Origin: Trichinella spiralis
Lineage: Eukaryota
Direction: 5' to 3'
Length of the DNA: 64,000 nucleotides
NCBI RefSeq assembly: GCF_000181795.1
Contig: NW_003526944.1
Span: forward strand, 2,648,205 to 2,712,204
Position 1 is the first letter of the stretch. Each line of letters starts with the position of its first letter. This document shows positions 26,371 through 39,905 of the stretch, piece after piece. The position numbers were made by a program, and so were the translations under genes. The notes below the pieces were generated by a model. It was not told the origin of the DNA, ran no database searches, and saw nothing but the letters and a program-made list of their open reading frames with translations.

Positions 26371-29300
26371 TTCACGATGTCCAATTTGCAGTGTTTCACG
26401 ACTTTACCTAAATCAATGTTGACAACACAATTATACAACGGTAGATGAAATTTTTCGTAAAAACAACGACGATGACACTACGAAGAAGGTTGATTCATTC
26501 AATTTTTCTTTCGTTAACGTTTTTTAAATTTTATTTTATGAATCAAATGTTCTTAATTTAAAACCACAAGTCAACTGTTGTTAGATGAAGCACGAAGTGA
26601 AGTATTTTTTTTTCAAAAAAAAGTTAGCTCGTGATGATAATGAATGATTCATTTACATTCCAAAGAGAGCGAAATTTTCTTTTTATACTATAAGCTGAAT
26701 TGATGCAAATTTCAACGGACAACTGATATGCAGAACAACAATCTGTACAGGGAAAAAAAACGAACAAGCAGATATAGTACTTTTCTCAGAGAAAATAACA
26801 AAGCATTATTCATATCATAAATTCTTTATCATGAAAAGTAATATTATCATCCAGTTGAAAAAAGAAAATCAGAAACAGTTATGAAAAAGCATTACGATGC
26901 ATGAGGTAATCAGTGGAAAAGAAAATGTTTAATAATTTATAAAGAAAAAATTTTTTGAAACAAACCAAATCTATATACGCATGTTTTTACAATGAATGCA
27001 TGCATGCAAATGTATATATACATATTCATATAATGGGTGAAATATTTGATCTAATCTTAAACAAATAATTAAATTATTGCAGTGTTGATTTTATAAAATG
27101 AACACATCAAAATTTTACACGAAAACCGTAATTTCAATTGGCATTCGAACAGCTTTTGACACAATTTATCAACTAAACTGGATCACAAAGAACATGCATC
27201 TTTTATGCCATAAGCAAATTAAAAAAAACAAACAAGTATATAAATATGCATCCTATTATTACAAATTAATAATAATAATAACAACAATAATAGTAACAAT
27301 ATTTCCCCTTACAATTTTCCCCCAGATGATGCTGTTTGCTTTCATCTGGAATGAATAAAGTGTCAGTGAATTATTCCAATAATCCATATAAAAGTCACAC
27401 ACAGACACAGAGAGAGAGAGAGACGCGTTCATTCTATTACGCCCAAAGTCGAAATTCTGAATGAGAAACGTCAAATGGCACATGAAAATGCAGTCAGATG
27501 AATCAATATGAATGAACAGGGACATTTTCATATAAGCGCAATTCGTACAGACACGAAGTTTTCAGAAATAGCCTGCTCAAAAAGGAAGAACCATTGATGA
27601 TGAGCAGAAGCAATGTATGATGATGTTTTTTTTTGAGATTATCAGTTGTTGAAGAAGTACAGAAAATAAATTTCACCTGAACTTAATCAGAAATACGAAA
27701 AAATAATAACGATAATGATGATGTCGAATAGCGAAAGTAAAAGTCGCCCCAGGCAAGCAAGCACACTGTGGCATAAATAAAAACAGCAACCAGCAAGATG
27801 TTGCCAAGTGATCAAGTGATAAAAAGCAGTGGGAAAATTCAACAGAAATTGAATTTTATCAAACAAAAAAAATAACAGTAATTCCTCGCACAGAGAGAAT
27901 TCCCTCTCCCCCATATTAACTGGATTGGTTTTAAAGCATATGCTTTTTTTTTCGTTACTGTTTCATATCGGATATATCAGATGAAAATATAAAGAGTTTA
28001 ATTAAACGTAAAATAAATTTGAAAACAAAAACGCATATGGCGCTTGCTGGTGGTGAGTGGGGACTGAAAATTATTTATTCCACACGCGTGAATTAAAATG
28101 TGAAAAAAGACATCTCTATTCTTCAAAGTGAAAACGAGAAAGACCAGAGACGAGAAAAGTGGAAAAATATTATTATGATGGCAACTTGGGTGAATGATGA
28201 TTGTGTGGCAAGACAAGGTCGCCCTTACTTGTTAACAGCCGTGACCAAGGCAGCCAGCCGGCCGGCTGCTTCGTTTTAATGGGCCCACGCTTGTCAAAGT
28301 CCATCGACATCCGCTGGGCAAAGAGTCAATTAAAAGCTGAATTTGGCCGTGCCGGTTTCGCAGCAACGCCGTTCACAGTCAGTTTTCAACTATTACAACG
28401 TTCAAGATCAAAATTCACAACCGCTGACCGATAAACACCGCACCTTCTACATAATTCATACGATTCTCATACATACATACATATACATATATTCATACTT
28501 ATTTGTATTACGACAACAAAAAAGGAACAACTACCTTCTTATAAATCTTAAAGAGAACAAGCATATAATCAGCATCACTCGCACCAACAAACATGGTTGT
28601 TTGTTCATGAACAATTGATGAAATGCCAGTTTAGCAAGCAGCTAAGAAGAAAGTAGAAAAACAACAAACCTTTCTATACCATTTTTTTATCATGAATAAC
28701 ATTTATAAAGTAACATGAGAAAGCATAAGAATAAAATTTCACAAATTTTTGTTCGTAAAATCAAAATTTCAAATATACACACTAATAGAATATACATATA
28801 TATATGTACATATTTCTCAAGTGTAATATTTTAGTGTTCAGCGCCTCAACCTGGCTGCTTATATCGTCACTGCTGCATCTGTTGAAAAAGCAGAGAAAAC
28901 AGCAGCTGCGATTGGTGTTCAGTTTTTTTTTTGTTGGTTGATTGCCCAACTTTTTGCATTTCAAAAACAACAACGTCACCAGTATTGGTACTGGAACGAA
29001 ACAAGAAATCGCCAATCGCCAGCATGCAAATGTCATTTTTTGAAACCTCAACTTGATTCTAATCAACAAAAAAAATAAGCTAATGCTTTCTTCTAATTTT
29101 CGCCTGTCAAAAATTCTACTCGGTCGTGATGGAACCTATTCATAATCGAAATACATAAATCAGTGGAAACACTGGAAGCTGGGGAGAAAAGTGATCATTG
29201 GAAAAATTGTGAAAAATGACCGTCCGAATATGGTGCCATTTTTCGTCAATTGAGATATGCGCGACTTAATTTACGACCGACTGACAAGTTCGACTCGATT

Positions 29301-32300
29301 TACTTGTGGTCAACGTTGAGGAAAAAGGGAAATGCCAAAGCAAAAACCAAATCCAACAGATTTTCGTCGTTGTTGTTATTGAGCTATTACTTACTTATAA
29401 AAGTTAACATTCTATATGAAATCAGATTTTCCTCATGCAAGTATTAAATGAAAAATTTATCAAAATTCAGCTTTCATTTATTACTATTAATATAAATATA
29501 TATAGAAGGAGAGAACAATGCAAAATATTTCAACAAGAATACACGAAAGTACATCATCCAGAACGGCAAAGTCAAAGTTCAACGAATATTGTCAACCAAC
29601 AAATGGGCTCGAGGCAATTTTCAAATATGATTTTTCTTACATTTGAATGATTGAAATATTTGAAAATCACTTGAATACACATATTTTATAACAACAATAA
29701 TAAATTTAAGAAATTAATTGATCAATAATGAAATAATAACTGAATAAATGTGAAGCTGATTTTCTACAACTTTTCCAAAAAGAATAAATAAAAACATAAA
29801 AAGCTTATTATTACATTAATATAATTTGAAAAAAAAATTAATTTTCTAATTTAATCTAAATTATTAATACGAATAGAAAAGAATTGATTTCCTTTTTTCT
29901 TATCTTAATAAATGACCAATACTACATCTTTGAAAAGAATAAGAAGTAGCAGCAGCAACAAGAACAACAACAGTAATAATAATAACGATAATAAGTAATT
30001 TATAAAAATTTCATCACCATCACCAAGAGGAAAAATTAAAAGTTGACAAGTTAAAAAGAGAAGAATGAAAGATGATACATATACATATAGATATATCGAT
30101 CTATTATCTCAGTCCAGTTGGATCCAGATTAATAATAATGCATAAATGAGTCATGCCCAAGTGGGGCGTGTCATGGAAAATTCACTAACGCTGATCTCAG
30201 CCGACAACAAAATCTGCACAACAACAAGAACCGTGTTGTATCTTCATCTGTCCCGCTCAGTGTAGCATAGGACGAGTTTCGATTGACAACTTTTTGAAAT
30301 TTTGCACAACGACAACAACGACACCAACCGTCGGACGATGCTATCACGCTTAACTACCAGCCCGGCTTAAACATTTTCAAAACCCGGTTTGGAAAATTCG
30401 CTGATCACACACGATAAACAATTTAAATTTCGAATAATTTTATAATAATGAATTTTTTGAGAAAAAAAAAGAATTTACACAACACCACACCAAAGCAATT
30501 TTGTCGAGCAATCAACAATTAATTATATTTCAAAAGAAAAAAATTAACATAAATAATTTCAATATTTGATCGAGAAGAGAAAACAAAAAGAAGGAAATAT
30601 CTGCGGCGTTTGTTATCTGACAATTTTTGGGTCAAGCAGTAATGATAAGAATAAAACTAATTCCAACTTGATCAAACGAAACGACAGAACTGAAAAAGCA
30701 GAAGAGAAAAAGCACTTGATAAAAACTTTTTCATGCAAATTAGAAAAAAATAGTAGTAAATATCAAATATAAAGAAAATAATGAGAGGAAAAATATACAG
30801 ATATTTATTATATTAATAAATAATAAAAGAAAACAAGTGTCAAAAAGAAAGAATCAGCTTGCTTCACTTGTCAATCATATAAGAGCGATGATGTGATGAA
30901 GATGGTGATTGGAGAAGACAAAAGGTGAAAATGATAAAGAAGAAGTTTTTAAAATTTGTAAAAGAATTGAAAAATTATTATTTTTAGAATGGATGACAAC
31001 TGCAGTGGACTGACTGAATGACCGACTTAAAACAGACAGACAGGCAGATAAACATGCAAAAGCAAGCAAGCAAGCGAGCGATGTGCTTGCTGCTTCTCTT
31101 CTTTATATTCGCATACAACGGTGACCGACGAACGAGCAAAACAAACAGCATACACACATATATATATATATATAGCTCTGTATCTCTACTACATAAATCT
31201 TATTCTATCCCGAAAGATTGGAATGACGAAGAAGAAGAAGAAATGGAGGAGGAGGTGGTGGTGCTGGTAGCAGTGTACATTAAATACTTCATCCGTGTGT
31301 TTGTTCTTTACTTTTTGTTTGCACTATGAGAAAATGTTCCCAATCCAAAACTACGCTATCCTAACTATAAACTTCAAACTGTTCAAGCAAACAAAAAGCA
31401 AGAATAAATAAATCAACAAAAGCAACGAACAAACAAACAAACAACATGTTGAATATCATTTTCTTCATAATGACAAAATTTCAAAAAAAAACAATTACAA
31501 CATTGCAACTAGTCTCAATCAGTGATGCAAATGTATACAAAAATTAAAAAAAATAATATTCAATTTTTTTTAAATAAAAGCATAAGTTGCCAAATAGACA
31601 CACACACACACACATATACCAGAAGTCGAATTGTGATGTACAAGCAATGGATTTAACTAATTAACGAACTAATTTGTCGGCCATTTGAGCTAAGATTTGA
31701 GGAAACAATTTTTTCAATGGTACGCGTAAGGTGTAGAACAGAAGAAAGTCAGTGAAGCCTTTTATTTCATGAGCAGAAAGAACAATGACTATGCGGTCAG
31801 CTATGAGGCTTTCAAAAAGTATTGTTCAAAATTCAATAAATATTCCAAAAGCGCCGTTGGAGACGCGCGGGGCGGAAGCTGATTCTTACCCCCACTCTGC
31901 TTACTACTATTCCCAAAGTCCAACGGGCACCATTAGCATCACACTTTTCACTACGGGCAATTTTCTGCATTCAACACACACTCATACACACTATATTCAC
32001 ATTTTACAATACTCAATTGTTGATATGATGCTATTCAAGGAGGAAAGATGAAAAATTGCAATGAAAACAAATTCTAATTTTGTACTAAACTTGAAAACAA
32101 CCCTATTTATGTTCAACATCTCAACAAAGCAAGCAATATATTAGCATAATATTCGTAGTATTGTTGTATTAATTAAAAATTTTCAATTAAATAAAACAAT
32201 GAAAAAAAGGAACAAGTTTTACACACACACACACACAGATACACAAACGCACGATCATTTCTGTTTCATTAAATAATTGCAATAAGCAATGGGAGAAGAA

Positions 32301-35285
32301 AATGATCTGGAAAAATAAAAAGCAACTGATGATGATGATGCACCGTATGACCGGTGCTCAAGTCGATACACAGTGAAAGAGTGATCTATTCGTGATATCG
32401 TCGGTAAATGGCAAAATGCCAAACAGCAAGCAAGCAAGCAAGCTAGATTAGATTGCTAGCTAGCAGCTGCCTGCCAAGTTTACCAAAAGTCCGGCATTTC
32501 CGGTCTATTGTAGCCGGTCAGTAGGGCGCCAGTTGCAACATCGAACAAGCGAGCTCGAATATCCCAGTTTATTTCATTACCAATTTATTTCTTATCATTC
32601 ATCCATTCGACACGCTTCGTTCAATTCAGTTCATTCAATCACACACAAATGATAACCAATAAAAAGCTCCTTCCCAACACCAAGTCGAATATAGATACAA
32701 AAAAAAAATAATAATAATAATATGCACACTAAATTCACCGCATAAATCAAGCAATTAAAATTAGAAAACATGAGGAAAAAATAGCAATATTTCAAAAGTA
32801 GCCGTTTTTTTCTGTTTTGTTTTGTTTTGCAAATTTAATTTATAATACTATAAGAAGTACAAGTAATATTATCAGCAATCATCCTAATTATCATCATCAT
32901 CATCATCATCATTATCTTGATGAAGCAATAAATTCATGCTTGTTTGCTGGCTTGGTAGCTTTAATCGATAGTAGATTGTTGCTGTTGAATGTGCGTATGT
33001 GTGTGTGTGTGTATGTGTCTTTTGACTTGAATCGTTCAAGAAAAAGTTCATTCAAGCGCAGACTATGTAACAATAACAGCATTGTAAAAAAGTTTCGACA
33101 AAAACGTCCCATCCATCTACCCGACAGCAAACAATCAATCAAGCAATACAACATCAAATCCCAACCAACAATACATTCCATACATACATATATATATGTA
33201 ATCGGTTAGTATATAGCTTAATTTAGAAAAAAAGAGAATTGAAGTCAAACGTAGAATACCGAATAAAAAGGAATAATCGGTTTGAAGAGAAAAATGTTAC
33301 AAACTACAATTGTGCCGTTTGGTTTCAATTGAAAATTCAATTCACCAATGCCATAATCGAATGAAAAGTGTTTCGTATGAATCAATTGGAAAAAATACAG
33401 CAAAAGAAGCATCTTGACACGTGGCACTCTACTCTATACATAGGATATAAAATGAATGAGCTTACCTGTGACAGTGTGAATGCAATGAAGATTTGTGTAG
33501 TAGCAGTAAGAGCAGTTGTGGAAAATTGTTTGTCAAGAAAATTATGATTGTTGTTCGCCTGTTTGAAATTTGCTCAAGGCTCAAAACAGAGGTGATGACA
33601 ACAATACAAATGCAAAAGTTCTTGTCGCTTGCGTTGCTTGCAGTGCGGAAGCGAACCAAGCAATGGTCATTGGCGAATGGCAATTTCTCGGCATCACCTT
33701 GACATCATGTCTGTCTGTCGTCTATTATTCAACACTGCTCAATGCTAAAAACAGAAATTGAAATTAATAAAAATATGAAAATGAAAAAATAAAATAAAAC
33801 AACATTCGACTATTTATTTGTTTGTTCGTCCAGTTTTCCGTCAACCAAACGAACCAGCAACAACATAAGCATCAAACGCGTACAGAAGTTGTTCTTTGTT
33901 GTTCACAAAATTATTTATTAAATTGTAATTTTCTCATCTTGATTACACGCCTTATATCGTAGAAAAATAATTAAAAAGTGTCGATGAAGAAAATAAATTG
34001 CATGTGATTTAGTCAAAAAAATATAAATAAAAAAACGATTAAACTGTTCGATTGCGATGATTGAAAGAAGAAAAAAAACCAACGGATTTTTCTGACATTC
34101 AAAGTTGCATTGATTAATCAATCAATCATGACAGAATTTATGAATAATAACTGCGCTGTATAATTGATAAGACAGCAATGTGGCGCTCGACGGAGAATAA
34201 GACGGCTGTCATACAAAAAATACAATGCTTTCTTTTTTTTCTATTAATGACACTATGACTAACAATTATTGGAAAAAGCAACCGTCCAACAACGACAAGA
34301 CAATAAATAATAATTCCGTGCATGCACAGTTAGGGTAAATGCATGCATGCAGGGTTCACTTGGGATACAATTGGATGTAAAAATTGGAAAACACATGAAG
34401 AAGCATTTTCAATTAGCAATTACATCCAACGATTGAAAATTTTGTATTTTGTTGCTCATGTTGTTGCAATCAACAAACACACCCTACAATCATCATCCCA
34501 AAAAAATCATTTATTATGAAATTACTTTATCAAATAAATGTGTTTTTCATGAAAGGTAATTTTGCAGATGTCCAAAATGCTCGGCCACTCCTTGTAAAAC
34601 ACAACCACCATTACAATTAACCTATAAATCTTGCTAAAAGCAAAAAAGAAAAAAATCAAATTCTCGCACCGCAAAAATTCAAAATACTCAAACAACGCAA
34701 TATCGTGTATAATAATTTTAAATTGTTGTTCACAACTGAAAGATGATGAATGAGAAGGGCAGAAAAAATATTCTCACAAAGTGGACAAAAAAAACAGAAA
34801 ATGATGCAAAGGTGTGACGGTGGGTAGTGGAAATTTACAACATATCAAATGAACATTTTACAAGACAAATGGAACAAATTCAAGTCAAAGACCGACAAAG
34901 CAGCAAAAATGCAATTTGCTGACGTCGTCAGCACAAGCAATGACGACAGCAGAAATCAAGCAAAACACAAAATGCCAGTCAGTGTATATAAATTGTACTT
35001 AAGAAAGCAAAAAAGAAAAGAAAAGAAAACAACAATACAACAAAGAAGAAACTGACGCTGCCTAATTTCATTTTTCATAAAGTTACGTCATCGTCCTACT
35101 ACTAGGCATCCGTATATATATATATTTATCTATATTTATATATATATACATCTGTCCATTGTACCCCGGATGCACTGATCGCCTTATCCCACCCCGTCTG
35201 ACTGGACATGCATGTGGATAATCTTTTTCCTCATTTTTTATTTTAATTTCAATTTCCATCTGCTTTGATCAATCGTTGAACTCAC

Positions 35286-35381
35286 CAGGAGGCGGCACCC
35301 AGGGGAACAATTATTCACAACATTGACTCGAAGTTCATTAATAATCGTCGCCGGTTGTTCTTCAGCTTTTTTATTTCCCAT
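35286..35381 (-). CDS. Candidate alternative first coding exon of the SIPA1L gene (MGNKKAEEQPATIINELRVNVVNNCSPGCRLL)
   Basis: aaaATGG start context and 32 open codons ending at a CTG|GTGAGT phase-0 donor. Upstream acceptor ttgcag (exon start 35454) and a possible 34-nt UTR exon at 35856-35823. Phase matches the acceptors at 26335 and 18651. Confidence 0.5.
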
Positions 35382-38300
35382 TTTACCGCAGCAGTTTTAC
35401 AATCAGATTAGCCAATTTTTCCCATTCAACACAAAAACAGTTGCATCAATCAAACTGCAATTGTTACTTATTGTTGGAAAAAAAAGTTCATCAAGAATGA
35501 ATGAACGAATGAATGAATAGATGGATGAATAAATAAATAAATAAATACGTATAAAACCAACAGAAATTAACAGAAAATCAAAAAAAAAAGAAAGAACAAT
35601 AAACTCATTTTCATAATAACAGCTTACTAGTTGTGCATTCTGTTTGCAGAGTTATCAATAGAATTTCACGGTAAAGGTTGAAAAATCGACTGAACACACA
35701 AAAAAGAAACAAAATGTTCAATAGAAAAACTGTTGTTGCTATAGCAGAAGAAAAATAAGAAGAAGTAGAGTTTAGATAGAGTAAAAATTATTTATTAATT
35801 TTAATAATATTCATCTGATTACCTGAACAACAACAATGTCGATCACAATGTACAAGCTGCAGGTGAATGAATAGAAAATTTCAATGAAATTCAATTCGAG
35901 AAACAAACACCAACCACTGCTTATATATACAAATATATATACGCATTACAAACCATCATTATACGCCCGTTGTCTTTTGTGTGTCAAGTCTGTAATGAAT
36001 GTTCAATCGAATTTTACTACTTGCTTGAAATGATCAATCAACCAACCACCACCATCAAAACCACTACTACAAATACTAGTAATAGTAGTAATACTAGTGA
36101 CCATTTTCATAATGGATTTTTGCAAATAAGCTACTTGCGGATCGGTTGGATCGCACATTTCCTACAAGCGGGCATTTAATTCGCAAATCGCTTCCCAATC
36201 AACTTTCAGACCAATTTTCACAAAGACGACGACGACGACAACAATCGCCCGAGCTTTCAACGAAAATGAAAAACTAGCTATCTAGCCGGCTAACTAAATA
36301 GCTAAAGCTAGCTAGGCTAACTCTGTTCAATTTCAAATGTCCGTTAATTTATTTTTTCAACAACTTTCCATTCAATTTAATCAACTGACAAATTTTCAAA
36401 CTTGTCTCACTTGAAACAAGAAAAAAAACAAATATATCAAGTTACATTTCCACACACACAAATATATATATGTTATCTATTTATTCATTATTATTTAAAA
36501 AATATTATTTTTTCTCATTTTCTCTGAAACAATACTCTGATGAATTGACGGTGGGTGAATGACTGTAAAATGCAATCAAAAAAAAACCTCAAATAAAGAT
36601 GTCTGAGGCAGAAAGTAGAAACGGCAGAGACTTAATTGAATAGCATGCAGACAATGAAAAGAATCATCCAGTTAAGAGTTAGAGCGCACAACCCCCGCCC
36701 TCCTCAATGACATTTAAGAAGATGGAAGTTTCTTTGGTAGAGAAATAAAACATGAAGTAAAGCAGCAACAGCAAGCATGGCTATGGAATTCCTTGCATTT
36801 CAAAATATTCGAGAAATGAAATTTTCAATTAATTGAATAAATTTAAAAAATGAATAACCATCGACAAAAGCAATAAAACCGAAACGAAAAAAGTATAATT
36901 ACAATATTCCCAATTGCAAGTGAGGGGTGTGGTGTTGGCTTGGTATCATTATTTTTTTGGTTTTATTTAATTTCTTCCATTTGTCAATTTTTCAAGCAGT
37001 AATTGCCATTTGTATCGTTTGTTCGAAAACGATTTGATTAAATTATTCGATTTTGAATATTTTGAAAAAAACCAATAAGGAATAAATGTAAAAAAAATAA
37101 AATTATAAAATGCATTTCAATGAACTGAAGTGAATCGATTGAAAATGAATTGGATAGGAAAAAATTAATTTTTTTCCCAAAGAAAACGATTATAACAACA
37201 ATTTCATCCGTCTCATCCGAAGAAAAGCCATTGAAACAGCAAAAACAACATTAAAAACAAAGAACTAACTATTCGATGATGATGATGATGATGAAAAGAT
37301 TTAGTAACTATTTGCCAAATAAAAACAAAAAAAACTAAGTTACACTTTTCACTGAAGCTCAGACTTTTCTTGATATTATTTTACTACTATATTATACTAT
37401 AATTTACTATATTATCTATTATTAATATTATTATTATAAGTGCTTATATTTATTTATTTATTTTGAAATATACTTTTAATAGAAGTTGATATGCAAAATA
37501 AGGTTGCGATTCAATTGAAATAAAAGCAACACCTCGAAGCGAAAATTTGCAAACTATTGAACAGATAATGCATTCAACAGCTAACGTGAAATTAAGAAAT
37601 ATACTCTCATTCAGTCAGTCATTCATTCACCCACTCTGCCAGTCGTTCATTATCCTTCCATATGCAGCTTTACGGTAAAGCCGATACTTTGGCAATGAAT
37701 GTTACCTCTGTGAATGCTTTCACTAATTAAAATTCCAAATTGCCCGCTTCAAATGGTCGTATAGAGATTTGCACTTGCAACACAATTTAATGAACAAAAG
37801 AAAAAGAAAAACAATCCATCATTCCATTAATCTCCTACATTAACACGTTTATAATGATTAATTCATATTTAAATATTTGAACAAAATATTTTCATTTCAT
37901 CCACATTGTCGAGATATAAATATGCCTGTGCTTGTTGTACAAGAAAGAAAACTAATTACTATTAATAAATACGATGAATTTCCGTTTGAATGGAAAATCT
38001 ATTGAAAAGTATTTTCAGCCAAAGTCGTGAAATAATGATTTACTACAACATACAAGTAGAATTGTACAATGAATATCAATTTTGATTAAAAATCTCAACT
38101 ATATTATTACAATTCAATTTATAATGAACTATTTAATTTATCAAATTAAAGAACCATTTTTCATTAATTGCAATTTCTTAAACAAATGAAAATAGCAATT
38201 GTTGACATTTTCCCAAATATACAAATAGAAGAAGACAAAAAAGCAATATGCTAATAGCTTTTTGTAAAATTGAGCTGGCAAATTGAAAACAGGCAAATCA

Positions 38301-39905
38301 ACAAATCATGCTTATTACATTCGATCACGTGAAGGTGTTTTTAGGAATGTTTTTTTACAAAAATACCGCACAAATATTAATCATAAATCATCATACCTGC
38401 TGTTGAAGACAATTTCAACTGCTTGCAACAAATATGGTAGATGTAGAGTAGAGTTTGTTAACTGGCCGTCCAACCGTTTGACTTGCATTTTTAAATTACC
38501 ATTTTTCTTCTGAAATTATCTTAAATTTTTTTCAACATTAAAGTAAATAATTTAAATTTCAAACCTGAAAACTGGCTCCAAGCATCAAACAACCAACATC
38601 ACCATCCACGTTGAATTGAGAACCTCAGAATTCATTGTTACCGTTCAGTGGAAGAAACGAACCAAAGCCTAAATTGAACATCGCGCCAACTATTATTCGT
38701 AATCTTTGAATATGAAAAAAGCAATTTTTTCCATTTAATTAATATCAGACAGCCAAGAATTGAATCATCGGTTATGTCATGAAATAATTGCGAAACCATT
38801 TTTATCAGATCATCATATTAAAGCAAATCGAATTGAATCGAATCGAATAAAAATCAAAACTTGCTTTGTTGTTTGTGATGAAACATTCTGCTCAAAATAA
38901 AGCCCAACTGGATCCATAGTGGGACACTTGGCAGATTTGCCTAAATAAAAATTTTTAATCAAATTCACTTTAAACTTTCAAAGTAAAAATTAAAATACTC
39001 CACTCCACTGACACATTTTAAAGTGAAGAAAAGAATGTTCATTTTTATTTATACGCACTGTTGATGCCAATTTATGCAAATATTACTTATGATAAAAAAT
39101 CGCCGCAGAGTAAAATAAATAATAGATTGCAAACAGTGAAAACGTAAAAGCTGAAGTTGAACTGCGTTCATCAATATATATATTTATACATACTTAAATT
39201 TACAGACATGTGTAGTTCAACTTTTCTGAGCAATTTCAATATTAAGCACGGAATATTGTTCTAATTGAATTATAAAACTCATATTCAACAATCAACTGAA
39301 ATTCAGTGATATTGATAATTGAATAAAGTGTCCCATTTAATTATCTGCAGAGCAAGACACTCGAGAAAAACAATTCTATTTCGGATGAATTGGAGTAAAG
39401 CGAAAGAAACCAAAAAAAACGCAGCAATAACGAAAAATATAATAAAAATTAAATATTGAGAAATAAATCTTCTCATCAAACAACAGTAATAGATAAACTG
39501 AAAGAAGAAAACCACGCTTGGTTGAACGTGTTAAATGCTGATCGATCAATCAAACTGCAATCGTGCGAGTGATTGATATGCAAATTTCGAAATTTACAAT
39601 AGATTAGCAATTATTGCCATCAGAAGAGTAAAATTGAATAATAATTTTTGAAAAATCCAATAATTGGAAAAATCAATTCAACATATTTAAAAATACAATG
39701 CGAATGCTGTTACGGTTGGTTGATTCGTCACGAAATTTGAACATCAACATCAATATGCTACTACTGTCAACGCGAACCACATTCCTAAACTGATATCAAC
39801 AATGATAACAATAAAACAGCAGCAGATAATATAAATATTGCAGATTGTTTCGGTTTTCTCATTTCAGACATTGTTGCATCAGTTCGTATCAGAGCTGAAA
39901 TTGCA

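Noticed and set aside
25766..26438. 218-aa plus-strand and 150-aa minus-strand ORFs over the SIPA1L N-terminal exon
   Set aside because: Alternative frames of a GC-rich coding exon; low-complexity translations with no splice support.
26500..39800. Dozens of 60-140 aa hydrophobic ORFs suggesting nested genes
   Set aside because: Translations of AT-rich or microsatellite DNA (F/L/I/Y/K-rich), mostly with non-ATG starts, no motifs and no splice chains.
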